A DNA stretch of 64,000 bases from an uncultured Thiothrix sp. GTDB taxonomy: Bacteria; Pseudomonadota; Gammaproteobacteria; Poriferisulfidales; GCA-002705445. Of the stretch, positions 47,626-58,067 are shown piece after piece. The translations under genes and the position numbers were made by a program. Each line of letters opens with the position of its first letter. The stretch's first letter is position 1. Under the pieces are notes generated by a model that was given only the letters and a program-made list of their open reading frames with translations, had not been told where the DNA came from and made no database searches. Where the stretch lies: the NCBI GenBank assembly GCA_902595225.1, contig CACJPG010000001.1:3583-67582 (forward strand), in the 5' to 3' direction.

Positions 47626-48765
47626 ATGGCGTCAAGAAGTGATTTTATATATCCAAATAACGGAGTCCCTCATAGCGAAACAAAAGTAGCGTCCGCGCCT
47701 CATCCTGATGTTCAGAACAGTAGAGTTAAAATAAAAGATGCTGTAATAACATCTATGGAAAATCTTACACATGACACTTTTTTACTTACAGTTAAGCTAG
47801 ATAATAATGAATACTTAGAATCACATGCAGGGCAGTATGGAACTCTTAAAGTTGACGATCTAGACAAACCTCGAGCATTTTCATTTGCGAGGGGACCGAA
47901 TAGCGAAAAAAAAGGTGAATTCAGTTTTTTTATTAAACAGGTTCCTGGTGGTTTATTTTCAGAATATTTAAATGAAGATAGGACTGGTCAAAAAATTGTT
48001 TTATCTGGACCTATGGGGCAATTTAAAATTGACGAGTCAAACGAAGATATGGTTTGCATAGCTGGTGGAAGCGGTATGAGCGCGATAAATGCAATAGTTG
48101 AAGAAGCTGCTCATAGTCAAGTAAAAAGAAACTGCTATTTCTTTTATGGTGCCAGACAACAGAAAGATTTATACCTTGTTGATGAAATTTCAGCTATTGA
48201 AAAAAAATGGGCCAAAGGTTTCACTTTTAAATTTATACCTGTTTTGAGTGAAGAGCCCGATGATTCTGATTGGGAAGGTGGAAGAGGTTTCGTTACAGAT
48301 TTTTTTAAAGAAAATTTTTTAAAAACTGGCATAGTGAAAGCCGAATCATGCAAAGCTTTCTTTTGTGGTCCTCCTCCAATGATTGATGCTGGAGCAAAAG
48401 TTCTTAAAGAAGCGGGCGTCTCAGAAGAGTCAATGTTTTTTGATAAGTTTGAGGATGCGAGATCACCTGCACCTGTTATTGATAATTCTAAATGCGTTCT
48501 TTGTGATGAATGTTTATTAGTTAAGCCAACTGCAGACTGTATAGTGGAGACAGCAAAACTTGGAGATGTAAAAGAAAATGGTAAATTCGCAGATATCAAA
48601 AGAATTGATCCAGCATTTACTTCAGGTTTGTATTATAACACATTGTATATTAACGAAGATAAATGTATAAGATGTTATGCATGCGTTCATGCATGCCCTC
48701 ATAAAGCGATATCACCAAATTATGATTTGGAACCAAAAACTCTAAGAAATATTGTTGAGAATTAA
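47626..48765 (+). CDS. FNR-family FAD/NAD(P)H oxidoreductase fused to a C-terminal 2x[4Fe-4S] ferredoxin domain
   Basis: It has the FAD motif RAFSFA, the NAD(P)H motif GGSGMSA and FFCGPPPM. The ferredoxin part has CVLCDEC...C and CIRCYACVHACP. It starts at the base after the Mo-subunit stop. Confidence 0.75.
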   Translation: MASRSDFIYPNNGVPHSETKVASAPHPDVQNSRVKIKDAVITSMENLTHDTFLLTVKLDNNEYLESHAGQYGTLKVDDLDKPRAFSFARGPNSEKKGEFSFFIKQVPGGLFSEYLNEDRTGQKIVLSGPMGQFKIDESNEDMVCIAGGSGMSAINAIVEEAAHSQVKRNCYFFYGARQQKDLYLVDEISAIEKKWAKGFTFKFIPVLSEEPDDSDWEGGRGFVTDFFKENFLKTGIVKAESCKAFFCGPPPMIDAGAKVLKEAGVSEESMFFDKFEDARSPAPVIDNSKCVLCDECLLVKPTADCIVETAKLGDVKENGKFADIKRIDPAFTSGLYYNTLYINEDKCIRCYACVHACPHKAISPNYDLEPKTLRNIVEN

Positions 48766-48816
48766 AAAATATCTTACAATAATCGAATAATATAATAATA
48801 ACGAGGAGCGAACTCA

Positions 48817-50022
48817 ATGAACGAAGCAAATACCGCTTGGATACTTGTATCCACAGCATTAGTACTATTTATGACACTTCCTGGATTAGCATTATTTTAT
48901 GCAGGTCTTGTTGGTTCAAAAAACACATTATCTACTTTAGCGCAATGTCTAGTTATAGCGTGCTTGGCATCAATTATTTGGTTTGTATGTGGTTATTCAA
49001 TAGCATTCAATGGCGACGGATTGTATTTTGGAAATTTAGAAAAAATGTTTTTATCTGGAATAAACATTGAGTCTTTATCAGGAGATATTCCAGAAACGCT
49101 TTTTGTAATGTTTCAAATGACATTTGCAATAATTACTCCAGCTTTGGTAGTTGGGGCGTATGTTGAAAGAATTAAATTCTCTGCTGTTATTTTAATAACT
49201 GCAATATGGCTAGTACTTGTATATAGCCCAGTGACTCATTGGGTATGGGGTGGAGGATGGCTTGCTAATCTTGGAGTAATGGATTTTGCTGGCGGGTTAG
49301 TTGTGCATACAACAGCTGGAATATCGGCATTAGTTATAGCAAAAGCTCTTGGTAATAGAACAGGTTTCCCTAATTCTGTAAAACCACCACATAGTCCAGT
49401 TATTGCAATGGTTGGAGCCTCAATGCTTTGGGTTGGCTGGTTTGGATTTAATGCGGGATCAGCACTTTCTGCAAGCCAATCTGCCGGAATGGCTATGTTA
49501 GTAACTCATATATCTGCTGCTGCAGCAACTTTAACTTGGATGTTTATAGATTGGTATAAAAATGGCAAACCTGGTCTTGTTGGTATGATTACGGGGATGA
49601 TTGCTGGCTTAGCTACAGTAACTCCGGCGTCAGGCTTTATTGGTCCATTCGGCGGCTTAATCCTTGGAATTTCATCAGGTATTGTATGCTATTGGTTTGT
49701 TGGATTTATAAAAAATGTTTTAAGTATTGATGATTCCCTTGACGTTTTTGCAGTTCACGGTGTTGGCGGAATACTAGGTACTCTTTTATGTGGTGTTCTT
49801 GCATCAAGCACATTCGGTGGTTTAGGCCTTGACGGAGATATTTGGTCGCAAACAAAGGTTCAAGTTCTAGGGATTGTTAGCATTAGTGTTTATACTCTTA
49901 TAGCAACTTCTGTAATTGTATATTTTGTTAATAGTTTAGTTGGTTTAAGGGTATCTGAACAAGAAGAAAATACTGAAGGTTGTGACTTTGGAACACACGG
50001 TGAGAGTAGCTATCATTTGTAA
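48817..50022 (+). CDS. amtB: Ammonium transporter (Amt family)
   Basis: It has NTAWILVSTALVLFMTLPGLALFYAG, DFAGGLVVHTTAG and FAVHGVGGILGTLL. Confidence 0.93.
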   Translation: MNEANTAWILVSTALVLFMTLPGLALFYAGLVGSKNTLSTLAQCLVIACLASIIWFVCGYSIAFNGDGLYFGNLEKMFLSGINIESLSGDIPETLFVMFQMTFAIITPALVVGAYVERIKFSAVILITAIWLVLVYSPVTHWVWGGGWLANLGVMDFAGGLVVHTTAGISALVIAKALGNRTGFPNSVKPPHSPVIAMVGASMLWVGWFGFNAGSALSASQSAGMAMLVTHISAAAATLTWMFIDWYKNGKPGLVGMITGMIAGLATVTPASGFIGPFGGLILGISSGIVCYWFVGFIKNVLSIDDSLDVFAVHGVGGILGTLLCGVLASSTFGGLGLDGDIWSQTKVQVLGIVSISVYTLIATSVIVYFVNSLVGLRVSEQEENTEGCDFGTHGESSYHL

Positions 50023-50036
50023 AGATATAATTTAAA

Positions 50037-51491
50037 TTACAATATATCTTTTGATTCTCGTATCTTATCAATGCTTTTTAGCTTTGAGTTAATTCGTTGG
50101 TCTATCATTCTTCCTTTCATATTATATTTAAGCGCTAACCTATAGAATTTTGCTGCAGAGTTGAGACTTCCAATCATTTTTAAATAATCACCTTTATATT
50201 CGTGCCCTAGAGAAGTTTCATTTAAACGATAAGCCGCTTCACTTATTTTGATAATGAGCCTATGATCTTTATGTTCTATTACGTATGGAAGAAGCTTATT
50301 AAGAGCTTTTTTGTACTCTTTATTTTTTATATAAGCTTCTGATAAATAATATAATGTTGTATTATCTGTGGGGTAAATATTATTTAAGTCTTCTAGTATT
50401 GATATTGCTTGCTCCGCTCTATCATTTTTCAAATAATTTTCTGCAAGAGATATTAATGTATAGTTTTTTATTTCAATTAACTCTTTGCTGTCAAGAAATT
50501 TAACTAAATTATTTAAAACAATAGATGATTTTTTATATTTTTTTTCTTTTGTCAAAGCTAAAGCATATGCATAGTCGTCAATAACTTTTGAAGGCGTCAT
50601 TTTCGAGATATCACCATCGTATTTATATTGTTTAATAAAGTCTCTGGTATTTAATTGATCCAGGCTTACTTTCACAGAGATGTACTGATATGAATAACTA
50701 TCATCTGTGAATTTTCCCTTATATTTAGAAGCAAGAGTTTCGGTCTCAACAATTCTGTTTTTTGTAAGAGGGTGGGTTCTTAAAAACTCAGTCTGATTAT
50801 TTTCGTTCGTTTCTTTTAGAAGGGTACGGAAAAATGACCCCATTGCTTTTGGATTTATATTTGCATTTGCTAAAATATTTACTGCTATTCGATCTGCCTC
50901 ATACTCGTGAGCTCTTATATAGTTAATCTTTTTTTGAACTTCAAATCCTTGTAACGAGGTCAACGATTTGCCAATAGTGTCATTGTCATACATTCCAGCT
51001 ACCACAGCAGCAATGACTGATAATGCAGTTGTAATATCTATTGTTGAAGATTTTTCATACATTCTAGATAAATGACGCGCTTTAATATGCGCTATTTCGT
51101 GCGCTAGTACACCAGCTAATTCTGCTTCAGTTTTTGTTTTTTGAATAATACCTGAATTAATACCAATTATGCCGCCAGGTGCCGCAAAAGCATTAATGTC
51201 CGGATTATTTATTACTAAAAACCTATAATTAATAGCGCTTTTGTAATTAGATGCTAATAGCCTATTGCCAAGAGTTTGTATATAGCTTGTAACCATGGGG
51301 TCCGAGATGAGCCTGAATGACCCTAAAATCTGCGAATATATTAAGTCTCCAAGCCGATTTTCTTGAGAAATACTCATAAATTTTGAGGAGGAATCACCAA
51401 TATTAGGGACATTTATATTATGCCCATAGGCAAGAGAACCATAAAGCATGGATATTATTAGTAATTTTAGTACATATTTAATAACTTTCAT
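50037..51491 (-). CDS. bepA: M48 metalloprotease with TPR domain (BepA/YfgC-like)
   Basis: It has a signal peptide, the HEIAH zinc motif (LAHEIAHIKARH) and a C-terminal TPR-like region. The 484-aa length is similar to E. coli BepA. Confidence 0.8.
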   Translation of the reverse strand: MKVIKYVLKLLIISMLYGSLAYGHNINVPNIGDSSSKFMSISQENRLGDLIYSQILGSFRLISDPMVTSYIQTLGNRLLASNYKSAINYRFLVINNPDINAFAAPGGIIGINSGIIQKTKTEAELAGVLAHEIAHIKARHLSRMYEKSSTIDITTALSVIAAVVAGMYDNDTIGKSLTSLQGFEVQKKINYIRAHEYEADRIAVNILANANINPKAMGSFFRTLLKETNENNQTEFLRTHPLTKNRIVETETLASKYKGKFTDDSYSYQYISVKVSLDQLNTRDFIKQYKYDGDISKMTPSKVIDDYAYALALTKEKKYKKSSIVLNNLVKFLDSKELIEIKNYTLISLAENYLKNDRAEQAISILEDLNNIYPTDNTTLYYLSEAYIKNKEYKKALNKLLPYVIEHKDHRLIIKISEAAYRLNETSLGHEYKGDYLKMIGSLNSAAKFYRLALKYNMKGRMIDQRINSKLKSIDKIRESKDIL

Positions 51492-51624
51492 AAATAAGTA
51501 GTATTTTTTATAATAATGTTAATGTTTACACGATAGTTTATTAAGTATATCCTATTTTGCTTATGTGGACATTCAAGTGAAAACATACATTTTTTAAGTT
51601 AATTAATTAATACGGAGATTATAT

Positions 51625-51855
51625 ATGGCCGAGTATGACCAAGAATTAGATGCTTGTGGACTAAATTGTCCATTACCAATTTTAAGGGCAAAAAAATCAT
51701 TATCTACTATGGAAACAGGGCAAATATTGCATGTAGTAGCTACAGATCCTGGGGCGATAAAAGATTTTGAGGCATTTTCTAATCAAACAGGGAACAAACT
51801 TATGGACTCAAAAGAGGATAGCGGTAAATTTTACTTTTTAATTCAAAAAGCTTAA
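51625..51855 (+). CDS. TusA-family sulfurtransferase
   Basis: It is 76 aa. LDACGLNCPLPILRAKKSL contains the CPxP active-site motif, and HVVATDPGAIKDFEAF fits as well. Confidence 0.82.
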   Translation: MAEYDQELDACGLNCPLPILRAKKSLSTMETGQILHVVATDPGAIKDFEAFSNQTGNKLMDSKEDSGKFYFLIQKA

Positions 51856-51876
51856 GTAATAATTTACTCGAACTTA

Positions 51877-53592
51877 ATGAAGCAAAATACTGATAATAAT
51901 AATGAAAAATTCACTGGTGCTGAGATTTTTGTTAAATGTCTTGAAGCTGAAGGCATCGAACTAGTTTTTGGCTACCCTGGTGGAGCCGTCCTTCATATTT
52001 ATGATGAGCTTCATAAGCAGAATGAAGTTTCCCATATTTTAGTTAGGCATGAACAAGGCGCGGTTCATGCAGCTGAGGGCTTTGCTAAATCGTCGGATAA
52101 ACCTGGGGTAGTTCTTGTTACATCAGGTCCAGGAGCAACAAACTCAATTACTGGAATAGCAGACGCATATATGGATTCTGTCCCAATTGTCATATTTACC
52201 GGACAAGTAAGAACAGCTTTAATAGGAAATGATGCATTTCAAGAGGTTGATACGGTTGGAATAACAAGACCGTGTGTAAAACATAACTTTATGATTACAG
52301 ACGTTAAGGATATGGCAAGCACCATAAAAAAAGCTTTTTATGTTGCAACTACAGGCAGACCTGGCCCAGTTGTGGTTGATATTCCGAAGGATATTACCGA
52401 GGATAAATGTGAGTTCAGTTATCCAGATTCGGTTGAAATGCGCTCGTATAACCCAATCATTGAGATAAGTGATGATTCAATTAAACAAGCGGCAGAAAAG
52501 ATATTATCTTGCGATAAACCAGTTATTTATGCTGGCGGGGGAGTAATAAATAGCAATGCATCTGAAGAACTTACCAAATTTGCGAAATATCTTAATTTTC
52601 CTGTTACGAACACATTGATGGGGTTAGGTTGTTTTCCTGGAGATGATCCTCAATTTATTCAAATGCTTGGTATGCATGGCTCTTATGAGGCTAACATGGC
52701 AATGCATGATTGCGACTTATTAATTGCAGTAGGAGCAAGATTTGATGATAGAATTACAGGTAGATTAGATAAATTTAGTCCTAATGCAACCGTAATCCAT
52801 ATAGACGTAGACCCATCTTCTATTTCAAAAAATATAAAAGCTCATATTCCAATACACGGAGATGTCAAGGCAGCTGTAAATAAACTTTCTGAAGAAATAA
52901 TTAGCAAAAATTTAAAACCAAAAAATATTGATAGATGGTGGGGCCAAATTAATGAATGGAGAAAGAAAGACTCTTTTAAGTACAATCAAGACAGCGACAT
53001 TATAAAACCTCAATTTGTCGTAGATAGCTTATATAAAGTTACAAAGGGTGACGCTTTTATAACCTCAGATGTCGGCCAACATCAAATGTGGGCGGCTCAA
53101 CTATATAAGTTTAATAAACCAAAAAGATGGATTAATTCTGGAGGACTTGGAACTATGGGCTTTGGATTACCATCTGCAATGGGAACACAATTTGCTAATA
53201 CAGATTCACTTGTTTGCTGTATCACTGGAGAAGCAAGCATTCAAATGTGTATTCAAGAGCTTTCAACTTGTTTACAATATGGTTTACCTATAAAAATTAT
53301 AAACTTAAACAATAGATATATGGGTATGGTTCGTCAGTGGCAAGAATTTTTTTATGAAAAACGTTACGCAATGTCTTATATGGATGCTCTTCCTGACTTT
53401 GTAAAGCTTGCAGAAAGTTTTGGGCATGTAGGTATTAAAGTTGAAAAATCTTCAGATGTTGAGTCGGCACTTGAAGATGCTATTAATATGAAAAATAGAT
53501 TAGTTTTCTTAGACTTTATTACTGATCAAAATGAAAATGTTTTTCCGATGATTGCTACTGGGGCTGCACACAATAAAATGATACTCTCCTAA
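51877..53592 (+). CDS. ilvI: Acetolactate synthase large subunit
   Basis: It has the ThDP enzyme motifs FGYPGGAVLHIYD and GGLGTMGFGLPSAMG. The small subunit and ilvC follow. Confidence 0.94.
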   Translation: MKQNTDNNNEKFTGAEIFVKCLEAEGIELVFGYPGGAVLHIYDELHKQNEVSHILVRHEQGAVHAAEGFAKSSDKPGVVLVTSGPGATNSITGIADAYMDSVPIVIFTGQVRTALIGNDAFQEVDTVGITRPCVKHNFMITDVKDMASTIKKAFYVATTGRPGPVVVDIPKDITEDKCEFSYPDSVEMRSYNPIIEISDDSIKQAAEKILSCDKPVIYAGGGVINSNASEELTKFAKYLNFPVTNTLMGLGCFPGDDPQFIQMLGMHGSYEANMAMHDCDLLIAVGARFDDRITGRLDKFSPNATVIHIDVDPSSISKNIKAHIPIHGDVKAAVNKLSEEIISKNLKPKNIDRWWGQINEWRKKDSFKYNQDSDIIKPQFVVDSLYKVTKGDAFITSDVGQHQMWAAQLYKFNKPKRWINSGGLGTMGFGLPSAMGTQFANTDSLVCCITGEASIQMCIQELSTCLQYGLPIKIINLNNRYMGMVRQWQEFFYEKRYAMSYMDALPDFVKLAESFGHVGIKVEKSSDVESALEDAINMKNRLVFLDFITDQNENVFPMIATGAAHNKMILS

Positions 53593-53618
53593 AATTGAGT
53601 GGATATAACGGATAAATC

Positions 53619-54086
53619 ATGAGACATATAATTAGTGTACTTCTAGAAAATGAGTCTGGAGCTCTATCAAGGGTTGCTGGTTTATTTTCGGCAAGAAGTT
53701 TTAATATTGAATCTCTGTCTGTTGCTCCTTCTGAGGATTTAACAGCTTCAAGAATGACGATAGTTACCTCAGGAAATGATGCAGTTATTGAACAGATAGT
53801 AAAACAACTAGATAAGCTTGTTGATGTAATTGAGGTATCTGAAATTACGTCTAGCGATCATATTGAAAGAGAAATTGTATTTGTTAAAATCAAAGATTCT
53901 GATACTGAAAATGAAAATTTAAAATCATTAAAGACAAATGAGTTTTTAAAAATACATAAAGCAGAAAATGGTCATGCGATAATAGAATGTGTAGATAGTC
54001 CAGAAAACGTTAATGAATTTATTAACACTGTTAAAGATATTGCTATTAAAATAATAAGATCTGGAGCGGTGGGTATAGGTAGCTAA
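53619..54086 (+). CDS. ilvH: Acetolactate synthase small (regulatory) subunit
   Basis: It has the ACT domain start HIISVLLENESGALSRVAGLFSARSFNIESLSVAP. Confidence 0.93.
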   Translation: MRHIISVLLENESGALSRVAGLFSARSFNIESLSVAPSEDLTASRMTIVTSGNDAVIEQIVKQLDKLVDVIEVSEITSSDHIEREIVFVKIKDSDTENENLKSLKTNEFLKIHKAENGHAIIECVDSPENVNEFINTVKDIAIKIIRSGAVGIGS

Positions 54087-54109
54087 TAAAAAATGGGGAG
54101 ATAAACTAA

Positions 54110-55126
<1,017 letters not shown>

Positions 55127-55171
55127 GATATCATTTTATAAATATAAAGGTTAATAAGCGGATAAAAAAAT

Positions 55172-55261
55172 ATGAAATTAGACAGTGGAATCTTACATTT
55201 TATACTTTTCTGGGGATTTTATGCTTTTCTAGCATATCTTGTTGTAAATCTTGTTAAGTAA
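55172..55261 (+). CDS. Candidate 29-aa membrane micro-protein (MKLDSGILHFILFWGFYAFLAYLVVNLVK)
   Basis: I translated this ORF by hand in the 194-bp ilvC-pssA gap. It forms a single hydrophobic helix. There is no homology evidence. Confidence 0.2.
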   Translation: MKLDSGILHFILFWGFYAFLAYLVVNLVK

Positions 55262-55320
55262 TAGAATTTTAAATTTAAGCAAAACATTTTATTATGTTTG
55301 TGTGCTCGCTCGTATAAAAA

Positions 55321-56067
55321 ATGATAAGAAATAAAATTTATTTAATACCAAACTTACTTACAACAGGATCTGTTTTGTGCGGATTCCTCTCAGTAATTTA
55401 TTCGTTTGATAATAATATCCAAATTGCAGCTAATTTAATATTTGCCTCTTTTGTTCTAGATGGTCTAGATGGTAGAGTGGCTCGTATTACAAAAACAACA
55501 AGCGAGTTTGGGGCGCAATATGATAGTCTTGCTGACGTCATATCCTTTGGGATAGCGCCAGCAATTATTTTGTATCAATGGTTTTTAAAAGATATAAATT
55601 TCTTCATAAATTCTTGGCTTGAATTAGGTTTAATAATTTCATCGCTATACTTAGTTTCAGTGCTCTTGAGACTTGCCAGATTTAATTCAACTAAAAGCGG
55701 AGATTTTTTTATTGGTTTGCCATGCCCACTTGCAGCAGCTCTTGTTTGTTTATCATATACAGTTTTAAGTAAAACGAATATTGAGATGTTGTTCTATAAA
55801 GAAATATCTGCATTTCTTGTTCTTGTTGTTTCGTTTTTAATGATCAGTAAATTTTCCTACTTTAGCTTTAAAAATATTGGAGATAGCGAAAAAATAAAAT
55901 TTTATTGGCTTTTATTTATTATTTTCGTGTTATTCATTACTTTAATTAATCCACCAATGGTGCTTTTATTATTAGCGATCATTTATTCTTTATCTGGTTT
56001 GGTATTGAATTTTTACAGACAATATAAAAAAGGAAAAATTATCTTTAGCGAAAAAGAGCAGAGATAA
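55321..56067 (+). CDS. pssA: CDP-diacylglycerol-serine O-phosphatidyltransferase (type II)
   Basis: It has the CDP-alcohol motif DGLDGRVAR...GAQYDSLADV and lies downstream of ilvC, as in Pseudomonas. Confidence 0.9.
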   Translation: MIRNKIYLIPNLLTTGSVLCGFLSVIYSFDNNIQIAANLIFASFVLDGLDGRVARITKTTSEFGAQYDSLADVISFGIAPAIILYQWFLKDINFFINSWLELGLIISSLYLVSVLLRLARFNSTKSGDFFIGLPCPLAAALVCLSYTVLSKTNIEMLFYKEISAFLVLVVSFLMISKFSYFSFKNIGDSEKIKFYWLLFIIFVLFITLINPPMVLLLLAIIYSLSGLVLNFYRQYKKGKIIFSEKEQR

Positions 56068-56068
56068 T

Positions 56069-57619
56069 ATGTCTATGAAAAAAGAAAAATTAGTCATATT
56101 TGACACAACATTGAGAGATGGAGAGCAAAGTCCTGGCGCATCTATGACTGGCTCAGAGAAACTTCGTATTGCTAAAATATTAGAAAAATTAAATGTAGAT
56201 GTAATTGAAGCTGGTTTTCCAATAGCTAGCAAAGGTGATTTTGATGCTGTAAGTGATATTGCAAAAACAATTAAAGGAAGCACCATATGTGGACTTGCAA
56301 GAGCAATTGATAAAGACATTGATGCTGCAGGAGAATCTTTGAAATATGCTGAAAGTTCAAGAATTCACACTTTTATTGCTACTTCTGAAATTCACATGAA
56401 AAAGAAACTTAATATGTCAAAACAAGAGGTAATCGACCAAGCTGTTTCTGCAATAAAAAGAATTAAAAAATATACAAATAATATTGAGTTTTCTCCTGAG
56501 GATGCGGGAAGATCAGAATTTGATTTTCTATGTTCTATTATAGAAAAAGCTATAAACGCCGGAGCCACAACAATCAATATACCAGATACGGTCGGGTACT
56601 GTATTCCAGGCGAGTACGGAGAACTCATTAAAAAGCTAATAAATAATATTCCAAATTCAGACAAAGCTATTTTCTCAACGCACTGTCAAAATGATTTAGG
56701 TTTAGCTGTTGCCAACTCTTTATCGGGAGTAATGAATGGTGCAAGACAAGTTGAATGTACAATTAACGGCCTTGGAGAGAGGGCAGGAAATGCCTCTTTG
56801 GAAGAAGTTGTAATGACTGTTAAAACAAGACAAGATCTTTTTCCATGTGAAACTCAGGTTGATACTAACCACATAGTGCCTGCATCCAAATTAGTATCAA
56901 GTATTACTGGGTTTTCAGTTCAGCCAAACAAAGCTATTGTTGGAGCAAATGCTTTTGCTCATGAATCGGGTATTCATCAAGACGGTGTTTTAAAGCACCG
57001 CGAGACATACGAAATAATGAAGGCTCAAGATGTAGGTTGGCTTAAAAATAAAATCGTTCTCGGAAAACACTCTGGTAGAAATGCGCTTAAAACAAGATTT
57101 TCCGAAATTGGTTACGAAATTAAAAATACTGAAGAGCTTAATACATTATTTGAAAAATTTAAGAATTTAGCTGACATTAAGCATGAAATATATGATGACG
57201 ATTTACATGCATTGATTTCAAATAATTTCAACGAAAGAAATGTTTCCGACTACCTTTTAATTAGCATTAAATCTGTTACAGATTCAGATGCAGAGCCTTA
57301 TTCAAAAATAATTTTAGAAAAAAACGAAGAAATTATTGAAAGTGATTCAAATGGAGGCGGCCCAGTTGACGCGACTTTTAAGGCTATTGAGAAGATTGTA
57401 AAAAGTAATTCAAACTTACAATTATACTCGGTAAATAATATAACCGATGGCACTGATTCGTTAGGAGAGGTTACAGTTAGGATTGAGAAAGATGGTGAAA
57501 TTGTAAATGGAGTTGGCTCTGACACAGATATAGTGATTGCTTCTGCAAAATCTTATTTAGATGCTATTAATAAACTAAACAAAAAATCTGATATGATTCA
57601 TCCACATGACAGAGATTGA
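56069..57619 (+). CDS. leuA: 2-isopropylmalate synthase
   Basis: It has IFDTTLRDGEQSPG, HCQNDLGLAVANS and HESGIHQDG, plus a C-terminal LeuA dimerisation and regulatory domain. Confidence 0.95.
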   Translation: MSMKKEKLVIFDTTLRDGEQSPGASMTGSEKLRIAKILEKLNVDVIEAGFPIASKGDFDAVSDIAKTIKGSTICGLARAIDKDIDAAGESLKYAESSRIHTFIATSEIHMKKKLNMSKQEVIDQAVSAIKRIKKYTNNIEFSPEDAGRSEFDFLCSIIEKAINAGATTINIPDTVGYCIPGEYGELIKKLINNIPNSDKAIFSTHCQNDLGLAVANSLSGVMNGARQVECTINGLGERAGNASLEEVVMTVKTRQDLFPCETQVDTNHIVPASKLVSSITGFSVQPNKAIVGANAFAHESGIHQDGVLKHRETYEIMKAQDVGWLKNKIVLGKHSGRNALKTRFSEIGYEIKNTEELNTLFEKFKNLADIKHEIYDDDLHALISNNFNERNVSDYLLISIKSVTDSDAEPYSKIILEKNEEIIESDSNGGGPVDATFKAIEKIVKSNSNLQLYSVNNITDGTDSLGEVTVRIEKDGEIVNGVGSDTDIVIASAKSYLDAINKLNKKSDMIHPHDRD

Positions 57620-58067
57620 GTCAAGATATTACGATAAAATTGAACTTTTAAAAGCTCTAAATGTTGATATTTGGTTAAAAAAACCTAATTTTCCTAAAAT
57701 AAAAAAAAATATAATAATACAAACCTTACTTTTTGAAAAACACAAAGGCATTATTGAAAGTTTTATAAAAAGCATAAGAAATTTAGAGATCGATACCACA
57801 GTAAAAAAACTAGAAAATGATGATTTGGTAGATATTGTAAATTCAAATCAAGAAAAAAATAAAAAGTGTAATTTTTTTATAGTATGTCAAAAAGAAGTTA
57901 TGAATGAAATGATAGATAAAAATTTAAAAAAATCAGATAATGTTTATGTTAATGAAACTAAAGATATGATTTTTGTATTTAATACTCTTTTTGAATCAGA
58001 TAAAATATCTAATGATATGAAAAAATCAGTATGGAAAGATCTAATTTATTCTTTAAGTTATGAGTAG
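57606..58067 (+). CDS. Hypothetical protein; possible DNA polymerase III psi subunit (HolD-like) by position
   Basis: It is 153 aa, lies immediately upstream of rimI and overlaps it (the holD-rimI pairing known in E. coli and Pseudomonas). LLKALNVDIWLKKP loosely resembles the LQQLGITQWSLRRP start of E. coli psi. Confidence 0.35.
   Translation: MTEIESRYYDKIELLKALNVDIWLKKPNFPKIKKNIIIQTLLFEKHKGIIESFIKSIRNLEIDTTVKKLENDDLVDIVNSNQEKNKKCNFFIVCQKEVMNEMIDKNLKKSDNVYVNETKDMIFVFNTLFESDKISNDMKKSVWKDLIYSLSYE

Noticed and set aside
48144-48599. A 151-aa minus-strand ORF lies inside the FNR-ferredoxin gene. The same applies to 5223-5579, 25973-26323, 56392-56664, 55990-56319 and other antisense ORFs in the track.
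   Set aside because: All are nested antisense to genes with clear family motifs. None shows a motif, an RBS or independent support.
50022-50050. An inverted repeat AAGATATA...TATATCTT lies between convergent amtB and bepA and could be a bidirectional terminator.
   Set aside because: The stem is almost entirely A/T (one G:C pair) with a 13-nt loop and overlaps both stop codons. It is too weak to call in such AT-rich DNA.
51492-51624. I searched for an ilv-type leader peptide or attenuator upstream of the tusA-like/ilvI genes.
   Set aside because: The only mini-ORF (MWTFK) has no Ile/Val/Leu run, and I saw no terminator/antiterminator hairpins.
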